From positions 1 to 39,290 of the forward strand of contig JARCRR010000039.1 in NCBI GenBank assembly GCA_029850565.1: DNA of 39,290 bases, read 5' to 3'. Shown here in pieces: positions 26,184-35,969 of this stretch. A program made the position numbers and the translations under genes. The notes beneath the pieces were generated by a model. That model had not been told where the DNA came from. It did not search any database and saw only the letters and a list, made by a program, of their open reading frames with translations. The DNA is from Gallionella sp. Lineage in GTDB: Bacteria; Pseudomonadota; Gammaproteobacteria; Burkholderiales; Gallionellaceae. The stretch's first letter is position 1. Every line of letters begins with the position of its first letter.

Positions 26184-27122
26184 ATGAACCTGCAGCAATT
26201 GCGTTACCTGAACGAGATCGTGAAGAACGACTTGAGCATCTCTGCCGCCGCCGCCACGCTCTACACGTCCCAACCCGGTATCAGCAAACAGATCAAGCTG
26301 TTGGAAGAGGAGTTGGGTATCGATATCTTCGTGCGCAACGGCAAACGCCTTGCCGCACTGACGGACCCGGGAAAGGTGATCGCCGAAGTGGCGGCACGCA
26401 TGTTGTTGGATGCGGCGAACCTGAAACAGGTGGGACAGGAATTCAAGAATCAGCAGACGGGTGAACTCACCATCGCCACCACCCACACGCAGGCACGCTA
26501 CGCCCTGCCTCCGGTGGTCAAACAGTTCATCCTGCAATATCCCGAAGTGAAGCTCGGCCTGCACCAGGGCAACCCGACCCAGATCGCCGAACAGGTGTTG
26601 AGCGGAGAGGCCGACATCGGCATCGCCACTGAAAGTCTCGCCCTCTACGACGAGTTGGTCACCCTGCCCTGCTACGAATGGCACCACTGTGTGGTGGTAC
26701 CACCCAAGCATCCGCTGCTGCTGGAGAAACGACTGACACTGAAAAAGTTGGCGCAATACCCCATCATCACCTATGACTTCGCCTTCACCGGGCGCAACAA
26801 GATCAACCAGGCTTTCAGCGACGCTGGCATCACGCCCAACATCGCCCTCACCGCCATCGATGCCGATGTCATCAAAACCTATGTGGAACTGGGTATGGGC
26901 GTGGGCATCGTGGCACAGATGGCCTTTGTGCCGGAGCGCGACAAGCACTTGAAGATGATCGATGCCGGACACCTGTTCGAAGCCAGCACGACGCGCATCG
27001 CCATCCGCAAGAACCAATATCTGCGCGGCTTCGGCTACCACTTCATCGAACTGTTCGCCCCCCATCTCACGCGCGAGATCGTGAGCCAAGCCTTGCACCA
27101 GAACTCGCAGGACGCAATATGA
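26184..27122 (+). CDS. cysB: CysB/Cbl LysR-family regulator
   Basis: MNLQQLRY, LYTSQPGISKQI, IATTHTQARYALP and DADVIKTYV; divergent from the cys operon. Confidence 0.9.
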   Translation: MNLQQLRYLNEIVKNDLSISAAAATLYTSQPGISKQIKLLEEELGIDIFVRNGKRLAALTDPGKVIAEVAARMLLDAANLKQVGQEFKNQQTGELTIATTHTQARYALPPVVKQFILQYPEVKLGLHQGNPTQIAEQVLSGEADIGIATESLALYDELVTLPCYEWHHCVVVPPKHPLLLEKRLTLKKLAQYPIITYDFAFTGRNKINQAFSDAGITPNIALTAIDADVIKTYVELGMGVGIVAQMAFVPERDKHLKMIDAGHLFEASTTRIAIRKNQYLRGFGYHFIELFAPHLTREIVSQALHQNSQDAI

Positions 27123-27357
27123 ACGAGAACTTCAGGCTTCAGCATCGCACAGTCAAAATCTATGCAACAACTTCAATCCCCACAGGTGGAACCGGGGGCG
27201 GTAATGCAGGGTTTGTTGAACGACAAATAAAGTCGGCTACTTTTATAGCTTGAGCATGTTAAACCGCGCGGGTATTCTCCTTCGCGTGCGTTGCCACTTG
27301 CATGTGGTCATATGTTGATATGAGATTGCTTCGTGAGTTATTAGGGGAGGTGGATAC

Positions 27358-28296
27358 ATGACTCGGATACTAGCCACGCTAATTTCACTGCTGGCATTGA
27401 CATGGATGGCTCAAGCGGCAGCAGTTGGCGGTTGGGTGTATGACGCGACAGGAGACGTAACCATCGTAGTGGGCAAATTGCCCGCAAGCAAAGCCTTCAA
27501 GAACACCGAAATCGCTTCGGATACGTTCATCACTACAGGTGATAACAGCACAGCCGTGTTGAAATTCGAAGATGGCCAAGTCATCAGTATGCAAGCCAAC
27601 TCCACACTAAAGGTGCGTAGATATCATTACCAACCCCAAAACGCCGACAAGAGTAGTGCGTTCTTCACTGCGCTCAAGGGCGGTATGCGTTTCATCTCCG
27701 GTCTTATTGGAAAGGGCAACAAATCGGCATTCAAGCTGACAACCCCCTCCTCGACCATCGGTATCCGCGGAACTGATTTCATGACCGTGATCAATGGCCA
27801 GTCCGTATATAGCCAAGTCGTAGCAGGTGATATTGATCTCACCAATAAAGCGGGAACATTGGCGCTCGGCGCCGGCCAAACTGCGATGGTCACATCCTCG
27901 ACCGCGATAGCAACCTTGGTTTCGGCGGCGGCGTTGCCAGCCGGATTGTTTAGCCAGATCGCATCCATCCCCGTTCCTCCGGCAACCCCGGCTGTTGCTC
28001 CGACGCCACCCGCATCACCAACAACAACTCCAGCGATGCCAGCGTCGCCTGCGACACCCATAGCACCGACAGTTCCGACGTTACCGGCAGCTCCATCTGC
28101 GCCGATGGCCCCCGTTCTTGTTCCTGCCGTCATTGCACCCGTATCTGTCATCCCCGCTGTTATCGCACCTGCTGCGACGGAAGATGAGGAGGACTGTGAT
28201 GCGGACGATGCCGAGGACTGTGTTTCGGAAGTTATCGAGGAGTGCGATCCGGAAGAAGACGAGGACTGTGACCCGGAAGAGGATGAAGACGAGTAA
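27358..28296 (+). CDS. Exported FecR-domain protein with Pro/Ala/Thr linker and acidic Cys-containing tail
   Basis: Signal peptide; ITTGDNSTAVLKFEDG and TPSSTIGIRGTDF; GGGGAGG RBS. Confidence 0.8.
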   Translation: MTRILATLISLLALTWMAQAAAVGGWVYDATGDVTIVVGKLPASKAFKNTEIASDTFITTGDNSTAVLKFEDGQVISMQANSTLKVRRYHYQPQNADKSSAFFTALKGGMRFISGLIGKGNKSAFKLTTPSSTIGIRGTDFMTVINGQSVYSQVVAGDIDLTNKAGTLALGAGQTAMVTSSTAIATLVSAAALPAGLFSQIASIPVPPATPAVAPTPPASPTTTPAMPASPATPIAPTVPTLPAAPSAPMAPVLVPAVIAPVSVIPAVIAPAATEDEEDCDADDAEDCVSEVIEECDPEEDEDCDPEEDEDE

Positions 28297-28486
28297 TGTG
28301 AGCCCGCAGAACGCGGTAGCCGATAATACAGCGATACGCGGCGGTTCAATCAATAGCAAAAGATAACCGGCTTTGCGCAAGCATCTTTTTCCGATGCCGC
28401 CTCCTCAAGTCGACTGCAATAACCGTCTACGAAACTGGCGATGTACTTGGGATTGCTGAACGATAAATAGCGATTCAGTCTGGCAT

Positions 28487-29827
28487 TCACGCCGACAACG
28501 CTCCCAATACGTCACCGATCTCGTTGAACAGAGGGCGCGCAGAATTTTCCGATTGCATGCATCGTTGCAGCATGATACGCAAAGCATCAACGACAGTTTG
28601 CGACTCGTCTGGCGCATCACAGCGCTCCAGCAACTCTTCCAGCAAGCATCCGAACGCGCGCACTTCGATACGCTGCAATCCTTGTCTGGATTTTTCATCA
28701 TGCGTCGGCAAGAACGAGGCTGCGCCGAAATCGCCAAGCAGGCATTCACCCTTGGCATTCCACAAGATGTTGTGCGCATACAAGTCGCCATGCATCACCC
28801 CTTGCGCGTGCATATGCGCAGCCGCAGAGGCGATGCCCAGCGCGATGCGCAAGACTTGATCGAGCGTGAATCGCGTCGCGGCGGGATAGATATCACGGGT
28901 ACAGGATTCCAGGCTGGGCGGACCCGCTAGGTTCACGAAACTGGTATCGATGAGCGACATCACCAATCCGCGCGTGCCATGCGGATGCGCGTTGATACGA
29001 CCTTGTACCGGAATCAGGTTGGGATGTGCTCCCGCCGCGATGCATGCGGCTTTTTCACTGCGCGGCAAGCCATCGCTGGTCAAAGCACCTTTGAACATCT
29101 TCACTGCAACGGGATGCACGCCGTGTTCCGTTGTACGGTGAGCACGATAGATGATGCCGGATGCGCCCTCGCCCAGCGTGTGCTGAAGATCGAGCGCACC
29201 CCATGCGACCGAGGCGATGGCGTGCCGCTCCATCGCCTCCCGTTCACTGGCATCGCTGAACGGGTTGCCCGCATATGCCAGCCATGCCAAGCGCGGCAAG
29301 CCCGGTAACCATGCGGGCAACTGCGTGAAGCGATTCGCCGCGATGCGCAGCAATTCCAAATTCGCACAAGCTGCCATCTCTTGCGGCAATGCGCTCAATT
29401 GGTTGCCCGATAACATGAGCTTTTGCAAACCTGTGCATGAGCCGATCCGAGCAGGCAAGGCTTGCAGACGATTGTCGGTCAAGATCAGCCAGCGCAGCTT
29501 GGGCGGCAAGGCTTGGGGTGAGAGATGCACGATCTGATTCGCCTTGAAGCCGATCATCTCCAGGTTGGCGCACTGCCCCAACACTTCCGGCACATGCGCA
29601 AAGCGATTGTCCGAACAAAAGATCACGCGCAGTTTGTGCAGTCGCGGCAGATCGCTTGGCAGGTCAGATAAGGCGTTGCCGGATAGGTTGAGCACCTCTA
29701 ACGAATCGGCCAGTTCGAATATCTCGTCAGGGAATGCGGTCAGGCCGCAAGCAAGTTCGAGACGCTTGATCCCCGCCAATTTCCCGGCGCGCAATGCCGC
29801 AAGCGTATTCATGGGAATGTCTGCCAC
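28487..29827 (-). CDS. Leucine-rich-repeat protein kinase
   Basis: LRR units such as LEVLNLSGNALSDLP and LQKLMLSGNQLSALP; kinase motifs LGEGASG, VAVK, HGDLYAHNIL and DFG. Confidence 0.9.
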   Translation of the reverse strand: MADIPMNTLAALRAGKLAGIKRLELACGLTAFPDEIFELADSLEVLNLSGNALSDLPSDLPRLHKLRVIFCSDNRFAHVPEVLGQCANLEMIGFKANQIVHLSPQALPPKLRWLILTDNRLQALPARIGSCTGLQKLMLSGNQLSALPQEMAACANLELLRIAANRFTQLPAWLPGLPRLAWLAYAGNPFSDASEREAMERHAIASVAWGALDLQHTLGEGASGIIYRAHRTTEHGVHPVAVKMFKGALTSDGLPRSEKAACIAAGAHPNLIPVQGRINAHPHGTRGLVMSLIDTSFVNLAGPPSLESCTRDIYPAATRFTLDQVLRIALGIASAAAHMHAQGVMHGDLYAHNILWNAKGECLLGDFGAASFLPTHDEKSRQGLQRIEVRAFGCLLEELLERCDAPDESQTVVDALRIMLQRCMQSENSARPLFNEIGDVLGALSA

Positions 29828-29855
29828 ATGGAAATAATGGCGCGGAAAGTGACGA

Positions 29856-30215
29856 TCAGACGGCTGGCGTAGAACGATGTTTTTCGATCACGCTCTCGAT
29901 GAAGTTGCGCAGGAATCCTTCCGTTTGCGCACTGTGGAAGCGGTCGATCTCCACGCCGCGGCTGTAGGCGATGACCGTCGGGAAGCCCCTTACCTTGTGA
30001 CGCCCCGCGATCTTCATGTTCTCGTCGGCATCCACGATGCCAAGGAAGAATTGGCCGTCGTAAGCCGTGACCATCTTGTGCAACAGCGGGGCCAGCACCT
30101 TGCACGGTGCGCACCACTCGGCGCTGATATCCAGCAACACGGGCAACTCGTGCGAGCGCGCCACGACCAGCTCTTCAAAATCACTCTCTTCAACGTTGTA
30201 AGAATAATCGCTCAT
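29856..30215 (-). CDS. Thioredoxin family protein
   Basis: WCAPC active site and GFPT cis-Pro loop. Confidence 0.92.
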   Translation of the reverse strand: MSDYSYNVEESDFEELVVARSHELPVLLDISAEWCAPCKVLAPLLHKMVTAYDGQFFLGIVDADENMKIAGRHKVRGFPTVIAYSRGVEIDRFHSAQTEGFLRNFIESVIEKHRSTPAV

Positions 30216-30237
30216 CTCATCACCCCGACCGTTTCGT

Positions 30238-31782
30238 TCAATTTGTTCCGCGCTTGGAAAAATCTTTCAGCCTGAAACCCAGCGCGAACAACACCAAGAA
30301 ATAGACTGTCACCCCTGCCGCCACCAGCCAAGTCAGATGCATGATGCGTGACCAACCCGACGTGGTGAGCCAGTGTTGTTCGCTTCCCATGCCGAACCAG
30401 AGTGTGATCCCCAGCGCAACAACAGCCAGCATGACTTTCAGGAAGAATTTCAACCACCCTGCTTCGGCTTGATAGATACCGTGCTTACGCAGGAAGTAAA
30501 ACAGGATGGCTGAGTTGAGGCATGCCCCGAGACCGATGGAGAGCGCCAGACCGGCATGCTGCATGTGCAATCCAAAAACGAACAACACGTTCATCGCTTG
30601 CGTCGCCAGCAGGGTCACAATACCAATCTTCACGGGCGTCTTGATGTCTTGCCGTGCATAGAAACCGGGCGCGAGTATCTTCACCAGGATCAAACCGATC
30701 AGTCCCACGCTGTATCCCACCAGCGCAGCACGCGACATCAGCACGTCATGCGCGGTGAAGGCGCCGTGCTGGAAGAAGGTCGCCAGCAGGGGCACGGCGA
30801 TCATCCCCAGCGCCAGCGCGGCAGGCAAGGTCAGCATGATGGTCAGGCGCAAGCCCCAGTCCAGCAATTTGGAATATTCGGCGGTATCGTTGACAGCATG
30901 GGATTTGGAAAGTGACGGCAACAGAATGGTGCTGATGGCGACGCCCAAGATACCCGTGGGGAATTCCATCAAACGATCCGCGTAGTACAACCACGACACA
31001 CTGCCTGCCACGAGGAGCGAAGCAAAGATGGTGTTGATGATGAGGCTCAGTTGCGCGATGGACACACCGAATATCGCCGGCCCCATCTGCTTGATGACGC
31101 GCCACATCCCCTCGTCAGTTCTGCTGAACCGAATGGTCGGCAACATGCCGATCTTTTTCAGGAACGGGATCTGGAAAGCCAGTTGCACGAAGCCCGCCAC
31201 GAACACAGCCCACGCCAATGCCATGATCGGTTGTTCGAAATACGGAGCACCCCACAGAGCACCGCCGATGAAACATAGATTCAACAGGATAGGTGCGAAT
31301 GCCGGCACCCAGAATTTGTTGTAGGTATTGAGGATACCGGCCGCGACGGCCACCAGCGAGATGAAGAAGATATAGGGTGAAGTGATGCGCAGCAGTTGCA
31401 CCGTGAGCTCGAACTGTTCGGCGTTCTTGGCGAACCCGGGCGCACTGATATAGACCAGGATAGGCGCCGCGACGATACCGATTGCCGTCACCACGAACAG
31501 GATCAGCGCCAGCATGGTGGTGACATGATCGACCAGCAGCTTGGTCTCTTCCTGCCCTTTGCGATTCTTGTATTCCCCGAAAATGGGCACGAATGCCTGG
31601 GAGAATGCACCTTCGGCGAACATGCGGCGCAACAGATTGGGCAGTTTGAAGGCGACGAAGAAGGCGTCCGTCGCCATGCCGGCACCGAAGATGCGCGCGA
31701 TCAGCACGTCACGCGCGAACGCCAAGATGCGCGAAACCAGCGTCAATCCGCTGATCGTGGCGAGGGCTTTAAGCAGATTCAT
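30238..31782 (-). CDS. murJ: Lipid II flippase MurJ (MviN)
   Basis: SRILAFARD, PNLLRRMFAEGAFSQAFVP and YYADRLMEFP. Confidence 0.97.
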   Translation of the reverse strand: MNLLKALATISGLTLVSRILAFARDVLIARIFGAGMATDAFFVAFKLPNLLRRMFAEGAFSQAFVPIFGEYKNRKGQEETKLLVDHVTTMLALILFVVTAIGIVAAPILVYISAPGFAKNAEQFELTVQLLRITSPYIFFISLVAVAAGILNTYNKFWVPAFAPILLNLCFIGGALWGAPYFEQPIMALAWAVFVAGFVQLAFQIPFLKKIGMLPTIRFSRTDEGMWRVIKQMGPAIFGVSIAQLSLIINTIFASLLVAGSVSWLYYADRLMEFPTGILGVAISTILLPSLSKSHAVNDTAEYSKLLDWGLRLTIMLTLPAALALGMIAVPLLATFFQHGAFTAHDVLMSRAALVGYSVGLIGLILVKILAPGFYARQDIKTPVKIGIVTLLATQAMNVLFVFGLHMQHAGLALSIGLGACLNSAILFYFLRKHGIYQAEAGWLKFFLKVMLAVVALGITLWFGMGSEQHWLTTSGWSRIMHLTWLVAAGVTVYFLVLFALGFRLKDFSKRGTN

Positions 31783-31821
31783 CGAATATATGAAATGGGA
31801 GTGGCATTACCCAAAGCGGAA

Positions 31822-32193
31822 TTACCAGCCATTCTTCTTCGGATCGCGTCGTTCCATGCTGATCGTCGGGAATGCCCCCGTCGCTCCCACATCTTCACGG
31901 TTGCGGCCCGCACGAACGGTCAGATGATTGGTCGCGACGAATTGTCTGAGCAACTCAAAGGCATGTGGATCGGCTTGTTCCAGAGAGAAACGCACGACAA
32001 CCGCCGGAATCCCCTGTGTCACGATCGGACGCACATAGGATGAATAAACGATACGGCCATCCTTGCCGGTGGTAGACAACATATCGCAGAGACGCTCCGC
32101 CCAATTGGAAGGACGGAATGTTTGTCCATCCTTGCTAAATCCTTGTATGACGAATTCGGCCAAATCTGGCGAATGATTCTTTCTATCTAACAA
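31822..32193 (-). CDS. DUF3579-like protein, copy 1
   Basis: FVIQG...GQTFRPSNWAERLC, YSSYVRP and FVATNHL; TTG start uncertain. Confidence 0.75.
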   Translation of the reverse strand: MLDRKNHSPDLAEFVIQGFSKDGQTFRPSNWAERLCDMLSTTGKDGRIVYSSYVRPIVTQGIPAVVVRFSLEQADPHAFELLRQFVATNHLTVRAGRNREDVGATGAFPTISMERRDPKKNGW

Positions 32194-32260
32194 TTTGAGT
32201 TCTCACAGCTAAATATGGGGCTGAATTGTAACATCCCGCAAATACTGGCTTATCAACTGA

Positions 32261-32650
32261 CTACCAGCCGTTTCGCGTTGGATCGCGGCGCTCTACTCCA
32301 AGCACGGGATGCGGTCCGGTCGCTTCCGCGTCTCTGCTGCCCCGGCCCGATCGAACCTTGAGGTGATTCTCGGCCACGAACTGTTTGACCATCTCAAAGG
32401 CCTTGGCATCCACGTGCTGCAAAGAGACACGCACCACAACAGAAGGAACACCGCCGATCATCACCAGGCGCGCATAGGAAGAGTAGATCATGCGTCCGTC
32501 ACTCCCAACCGTTCCCAGCATATTGCACAGATTGGTCGCCCAATCCGGTTGTTGGAAAAGCTCACCCGTCTCGGTAATACCCTGGATCACGAACTCTGAG
32601 ACATTCGATAACACGATTCCTCCACGCATCTGGTTGACCTCGGACATCAT
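32261..32650 (-). CDS. DUF3579-like protein, copy 2
   Basis: FVIQGITETGELFQQPDWATNLC, YSSYARL and FVAENHL; clear paralogue of the neighbour. Confidence 0.72.
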   Translation of the reverse strand: MMSEVNQMRGGIVLSNVSEFVIQGITETGELFQQPDWATNLCNMLGTVGSDGRMIYSSYARLVMIGGVPSVVVRVSLQHVDAKAFEMVKQFVAENHLKVRSGRGSRDAEATGPHPVLGVERRDPTRNGW

Positions 32651-32881
32651 ATCACCACCCCAATGCCAGGAACGACAGTCCAAGAGAAGCTTTGATACTT
32701 ACCTGCCAACGGAGAGTGATGAAGGATAAATTCCATTTCACGATCAAAGCGATCGCATTCCTCCAGACTCATCAACTCCGTTACAATCCGTACCCAAGCT
32801 TTCCCAGTCCCACAAAAATATTCCAATATGGTTTGGCAAAAGTTTGCCGACCTTTCTTAACTTCATGAAGGGCTTTCCAAG

Positions 32882-34666
32882 ATGTGTGGCATCTGCGGCG
32901 AGTTGCGTTTCGATAAACAAACCCCAACCCCCGATACCTTGAGGCGCATGACGGATAGCCTGTCCAAGCGCGGGCCGGATGCCCAGGGCATTTATCAGGA
33001 TGGCCCGCTCGCATTCGGCCATCGCCGCCTGTCCATCATCGACCTATCCGAACACGCCAAACAACCGATGGTGGACGAGTCGCTTCATCTCACCCTGGTG
33101 TTCAATGGCACCATCTACAACTACAAAGAACTGCGCGCCGAGTTGGTGACGATGGAGTATGAGTTCTTCTCCGAGGGCGACAGCGAAGTCATCCTCAAGG
33201 CCTATCACGCTTGGGGAGAGCGTTGTGTGGAGCGTTTCTACGGCATGTTCGCTTTTGCCATCTGGGATAGACGGGGACAGAAGCTGTTCCTTGCGCGCGA
33301 CCGTTTCGGCATCAAGCCTTTGTATTACTCAGTGGATGGCGCCTCGCTGCGCTTCGCCTCTACCTTGCAGGCTTTACTCGCGGCTGGCGGTGTGGATACC
33401 AGTATCGACCCCGTCGCCCTCCATCACCACTTGACGCTGCACTCCTCCGTCCCCGCACCGCGCACCCTGTTGACCGGTGTGAAGAAACTGCCGCCTGCGA
33501 CCTGCATGACGTTCACCGCCGATGGCGAAGTGGCACATCGCTGCTATTGGTCACTGGATGCGACACGCCCGACCACGCCGTTGAGCGAACAGGATTGGTT
33601 GGCTGCCACGCGCCATATTTTGGCCAAGGTGGTGGAACGCCATCGCCTTGCCGCCGATGTGCCCGTGGGTGTTTTGCTTTCCGGCGGTCTGGATTCCAGT
33701 CTCATCGTCGGCTTGCTGGCCGATCATGCGCCAGACCTGCGTACCTTTTCCATCGGCTTCGAGGACATCGGCGGCGATGCCGAGAAAGGTGATGAATTCG
33801 AGTACTCCGATCAAGTCGTCGAACGTTTCCACACCAGACATCGAAAATACCTCATCCCGAATAGCGAAGTATTGAAGCGCTTGCCAGAAGCGGTGCGCAG
33901 CATGTCAGAGCCGATGGTGAGTCAGGACAACATCGCCTTCTATCTACTGTCGGAGAAGGTCTCGCAGGATGTAAAAGTAGTACTCGCGGGACAAGGCGCG
34001 GACGAGGTGTTCGGCGGCTATTTCTGGTACCCCAAGATGGATGCCACTCAAGGCTCCACGCTAGACCGCTTCCGTTGTAACTACTTCGACCGCGACCACG
34101 CCGAATATCTGGAAACCGTTACAGCGGCTTACCACCTGCACGATGTGACCAGCGAATTGGCGCACAAGGAATTGACTAAACCGCACGCCGACACCTTTCT
34201 CGATGAGGTATTGCGTTTCGATGTGACCACGCTCATCGTGGATGATCCAGTCAAGCGTATGGACAACATGAGCATGGCCTGGGGGCTGGAAGCGCGTGTA
34301 CCCTTCCTCGATCACGAACTGGTGGAACTGGCTGCGCACATGCCGCCGGAGTTGCGTCTCAAGGAGGGGGGCAAGTTCCCGCTCAAAGCCATCGCGCGCG
34401 GGCTGGTTCCCGATGCCGTCATTGACAGACCCAAGGGCTACTTCCCCGTCCCCGCCTTGAAATACGTGCGCGGCGAGTTTCTTGAATTCATGCGCGACAT
34501 CCTGCTATCGGATGCCTGCATGAAGCGCGGATTGTTCAATCGGGCCTACGTCGAGAAACTCCTCGCCGCACCGGAATCACACTTCACGCGACTCAACGGC
34601 AGCAAGCTGTGGCACCTCGCCCTGCTGGAATACTGGCTTCAACTCAACGTGGATATCGCGATATAA
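32882..34666 (+). CDS. Asparagine-synthase-family glutamine amidotransferase (AsnO / N-acetylglutaminylglutamine amidotransferase-like)
   Basis: N-terminal MCGICGE nucleophile; HRRLSIID, LSGGLDSS, GQGADEVFGGY and TTLIVDDPVKR. Confidence 0.88.
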   Translation: MCGICGELRFDKQTPTPDTLRRMTDSLSKRGPDAQGIYQDGPLAFGHRRLSIIDLSEHAKQPMVDESLHLTLVFNGTIYNYKELRAELVTMEYEFFSEGDSEVILKAYHAWGERCVERFYGMFAFAIWDRRGQKLFLARDRFGIKPLYYSVDGASLRFASTLQALLAAGGVDTSIDPVALHHHLTLHSSVPAPRTLLTGVKKLPPATCMTFTADGEVAHRCYWSLDATRPTTPLSEQDWLAATRHILAKVVERHRLAADVPVGVLLSGGLDSSLIVGLLADHAPDLRTFSIGFEDIGGDAEKGDEFEYSDQVVERFHTRHRKYLIPNSEVLKRLPEAVRSMSEPMVSQDNIAFYLLSEKVSQDVKVVLAGQGADEVFGGYFWYPKMDATQGSTLDRFRCNYFDRDHAEYLETVTAAYHLHDVTSELAHKELTKPHADTFLDEVLRFDVTTLIVDDPVKRMDNMSMAWGLEARVPFLDHELVELAAHMPPELRLKEGGKFPLKAIARGLVPDAVIDRPKGYFPVPALKYVRGEFLEFMRDILLSDACMKRGLFNRAYVEKLLAAPESHFTRLNGSKLWHLALLEYWLQLNVDIAI

Positions 34667-34693
34667 AAAAGCCACATCACAACGATGCGGCTT
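34666..34693 (-). terminator. Probable terminator between the convergent amidotransferase and ccmI genes
   Basis: aagccacatc-acaac-gatgcggctt stem with one mismatch, preceded by an A-run (U-tract on the minus strand). Confidence 0.55.
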
Positions 34694-34712
34694 CCCTTGA
34701 ACCGGTGTGGCA

Positions 34713-35969
34713 TCACTGCACTATCTGGTCGATCTTCAAGTTCACCCCCTTTGCACCCGGACGCAACGGCTGACTCATCCCTTGCGCATCGCCTGTTTCG
34801 GGCATCGCCGTACCCGACTTCGAGATACGCGCAACGACCACGACCTTGTCGAAGGCAGACAGCTTCATCTGCGGCTGCATCGCCATGCTGTCATCCAACT
34901 CGAAAGTGATGGGCAGATCACGCACTTGTTTGCGCAAGATGGCCAGCGGCATCTTCGGGCCTTCAGCCGCGCGCGCCAACACGAACACCGTGTCATCCGG
35001 ACTGAACTTGCCCTTCAGCGAATCGCCCAACATAACTTTGCCCGTGATGCGCTCCTTACCACCTGTAACGCTCGCAGCTTGTGCAGGCGGCGCGATTTGT
35101 TCCAACGCCATCGGCGCTTTGCCGCCCTTGATGTGGGACAGCATCTGACGCGCTTCCGCCAAGCCACTCTCGATCATCTTTGCATCCTCGCTCTCTGAGG
35201 GTAACAAGCTACGCAATCTTTCCCAGTGCTTGATGGCGGCAGCGAAGTCACCGCGCTCCATCGCTGCCGAACCTGCCAGGGCCAAGGCCTTCATACTGTC
35301 CGCATCGATAGACAAAGCCTTGTTGATGAGGTCGGTCGGTTTGCCGCGCAAGGACTGACCTTGTGCCATCGCCAATGCATCGGCGTAATCAGCCCACACC
35401 CACGCTTCATCGGAGACATAGTTGGTCAACTGCCCATAAGCTTTCGCAGAATCCCCGAATCGCTCAGCTTCCATATAGGCACGTGCCAGCAGCAACAGAG
35501 ATTCGCCATCAGTCGGGTTAGCCTCTACCTTTTGCTCCAAAGCCGCGATTGCCGCACTACCGTGTACCGCCCCCACTCCGCTGGTACCGCCATGCGCGAC
35601 TCGATCGGAGAATGCGTTCAGATTGCCGACTTGTGTGTATAGACCGATCGCCAATACCGGCAACAGCACTGACAAACCGATCGACAACTTCTTATAAGGA
35701 CTACGTGGCGCTTCCACTTCAGTTGTGTCGCCCACCTCTTCCAACACGCGGCTTTGCAACTCACGCTGGCCTTGCTCGTGCAGATCTGCCGAAAGCAAAC
35801 CATTCTTCAGATCGACATCCATCTCGGTGATCTGATCGCGCAGTATCTCAAGGTTGGCCGCATCACGCGCAACGGTGTTGCTGTTTACCGTACCGCGCCA
35901 CAGAGGAACCGCAATGAAGGGAATGGCGATGAGCAACAACACCGCACAGATGATCCAGAATACAGTCAT
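34713..35969 (-). CDS. ccmI: Cytochrome c biogenesis protein CcmI/CycH (TPR)
   Basis: Two N-terminal TM segments, TPR helices and C-terminal GPKMPLA...LDDSMAM...VARISKSG. Confidence 0.9.
   Translation of the reverse strand: MTVFWIICAVLLLIAIPFIAVPLWRGTVNSNTVARDAANLEILRDQITEMDVDLKNGLLSADLHEQGQRELQSRVLEEVGDTTEVEAPRSPYKKLSIGLSVLLPVLAIGLYTQVGNLNAFSDRVAHGGTSGVGAVHGSAAIAALEQKVEANPTDGESLLLLARAYMEAERFGDSAKAYGQLTNYVSDEAWVWADYADALAMAQGQSLRGKPTDLINKALSIDADSMKALALAGSAAMERGDFAAAIKHWERLRSLLPSESEDAKMIESGLAEARQMLSHIKGGKAPMALEQIAPPAQAASVTGGKERITGKVMLGDSLKGKFSPDDTVFVLARAAEGPKMPLAILRKQVRDLPITFELDDSMAMQPQMKLSAFDKVVVVARISKSGTAMPETGDAQGMSQPLRPGAKGVNLKIDQIVQ

Noticed and set aside
24060-27098. Antisense ORFs of 354 aa (24060-25124) and 352 aa (26040-27098)
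   Set aside because: They lie almost entirely opposite cysI and cysB and have no recognisable motifs.
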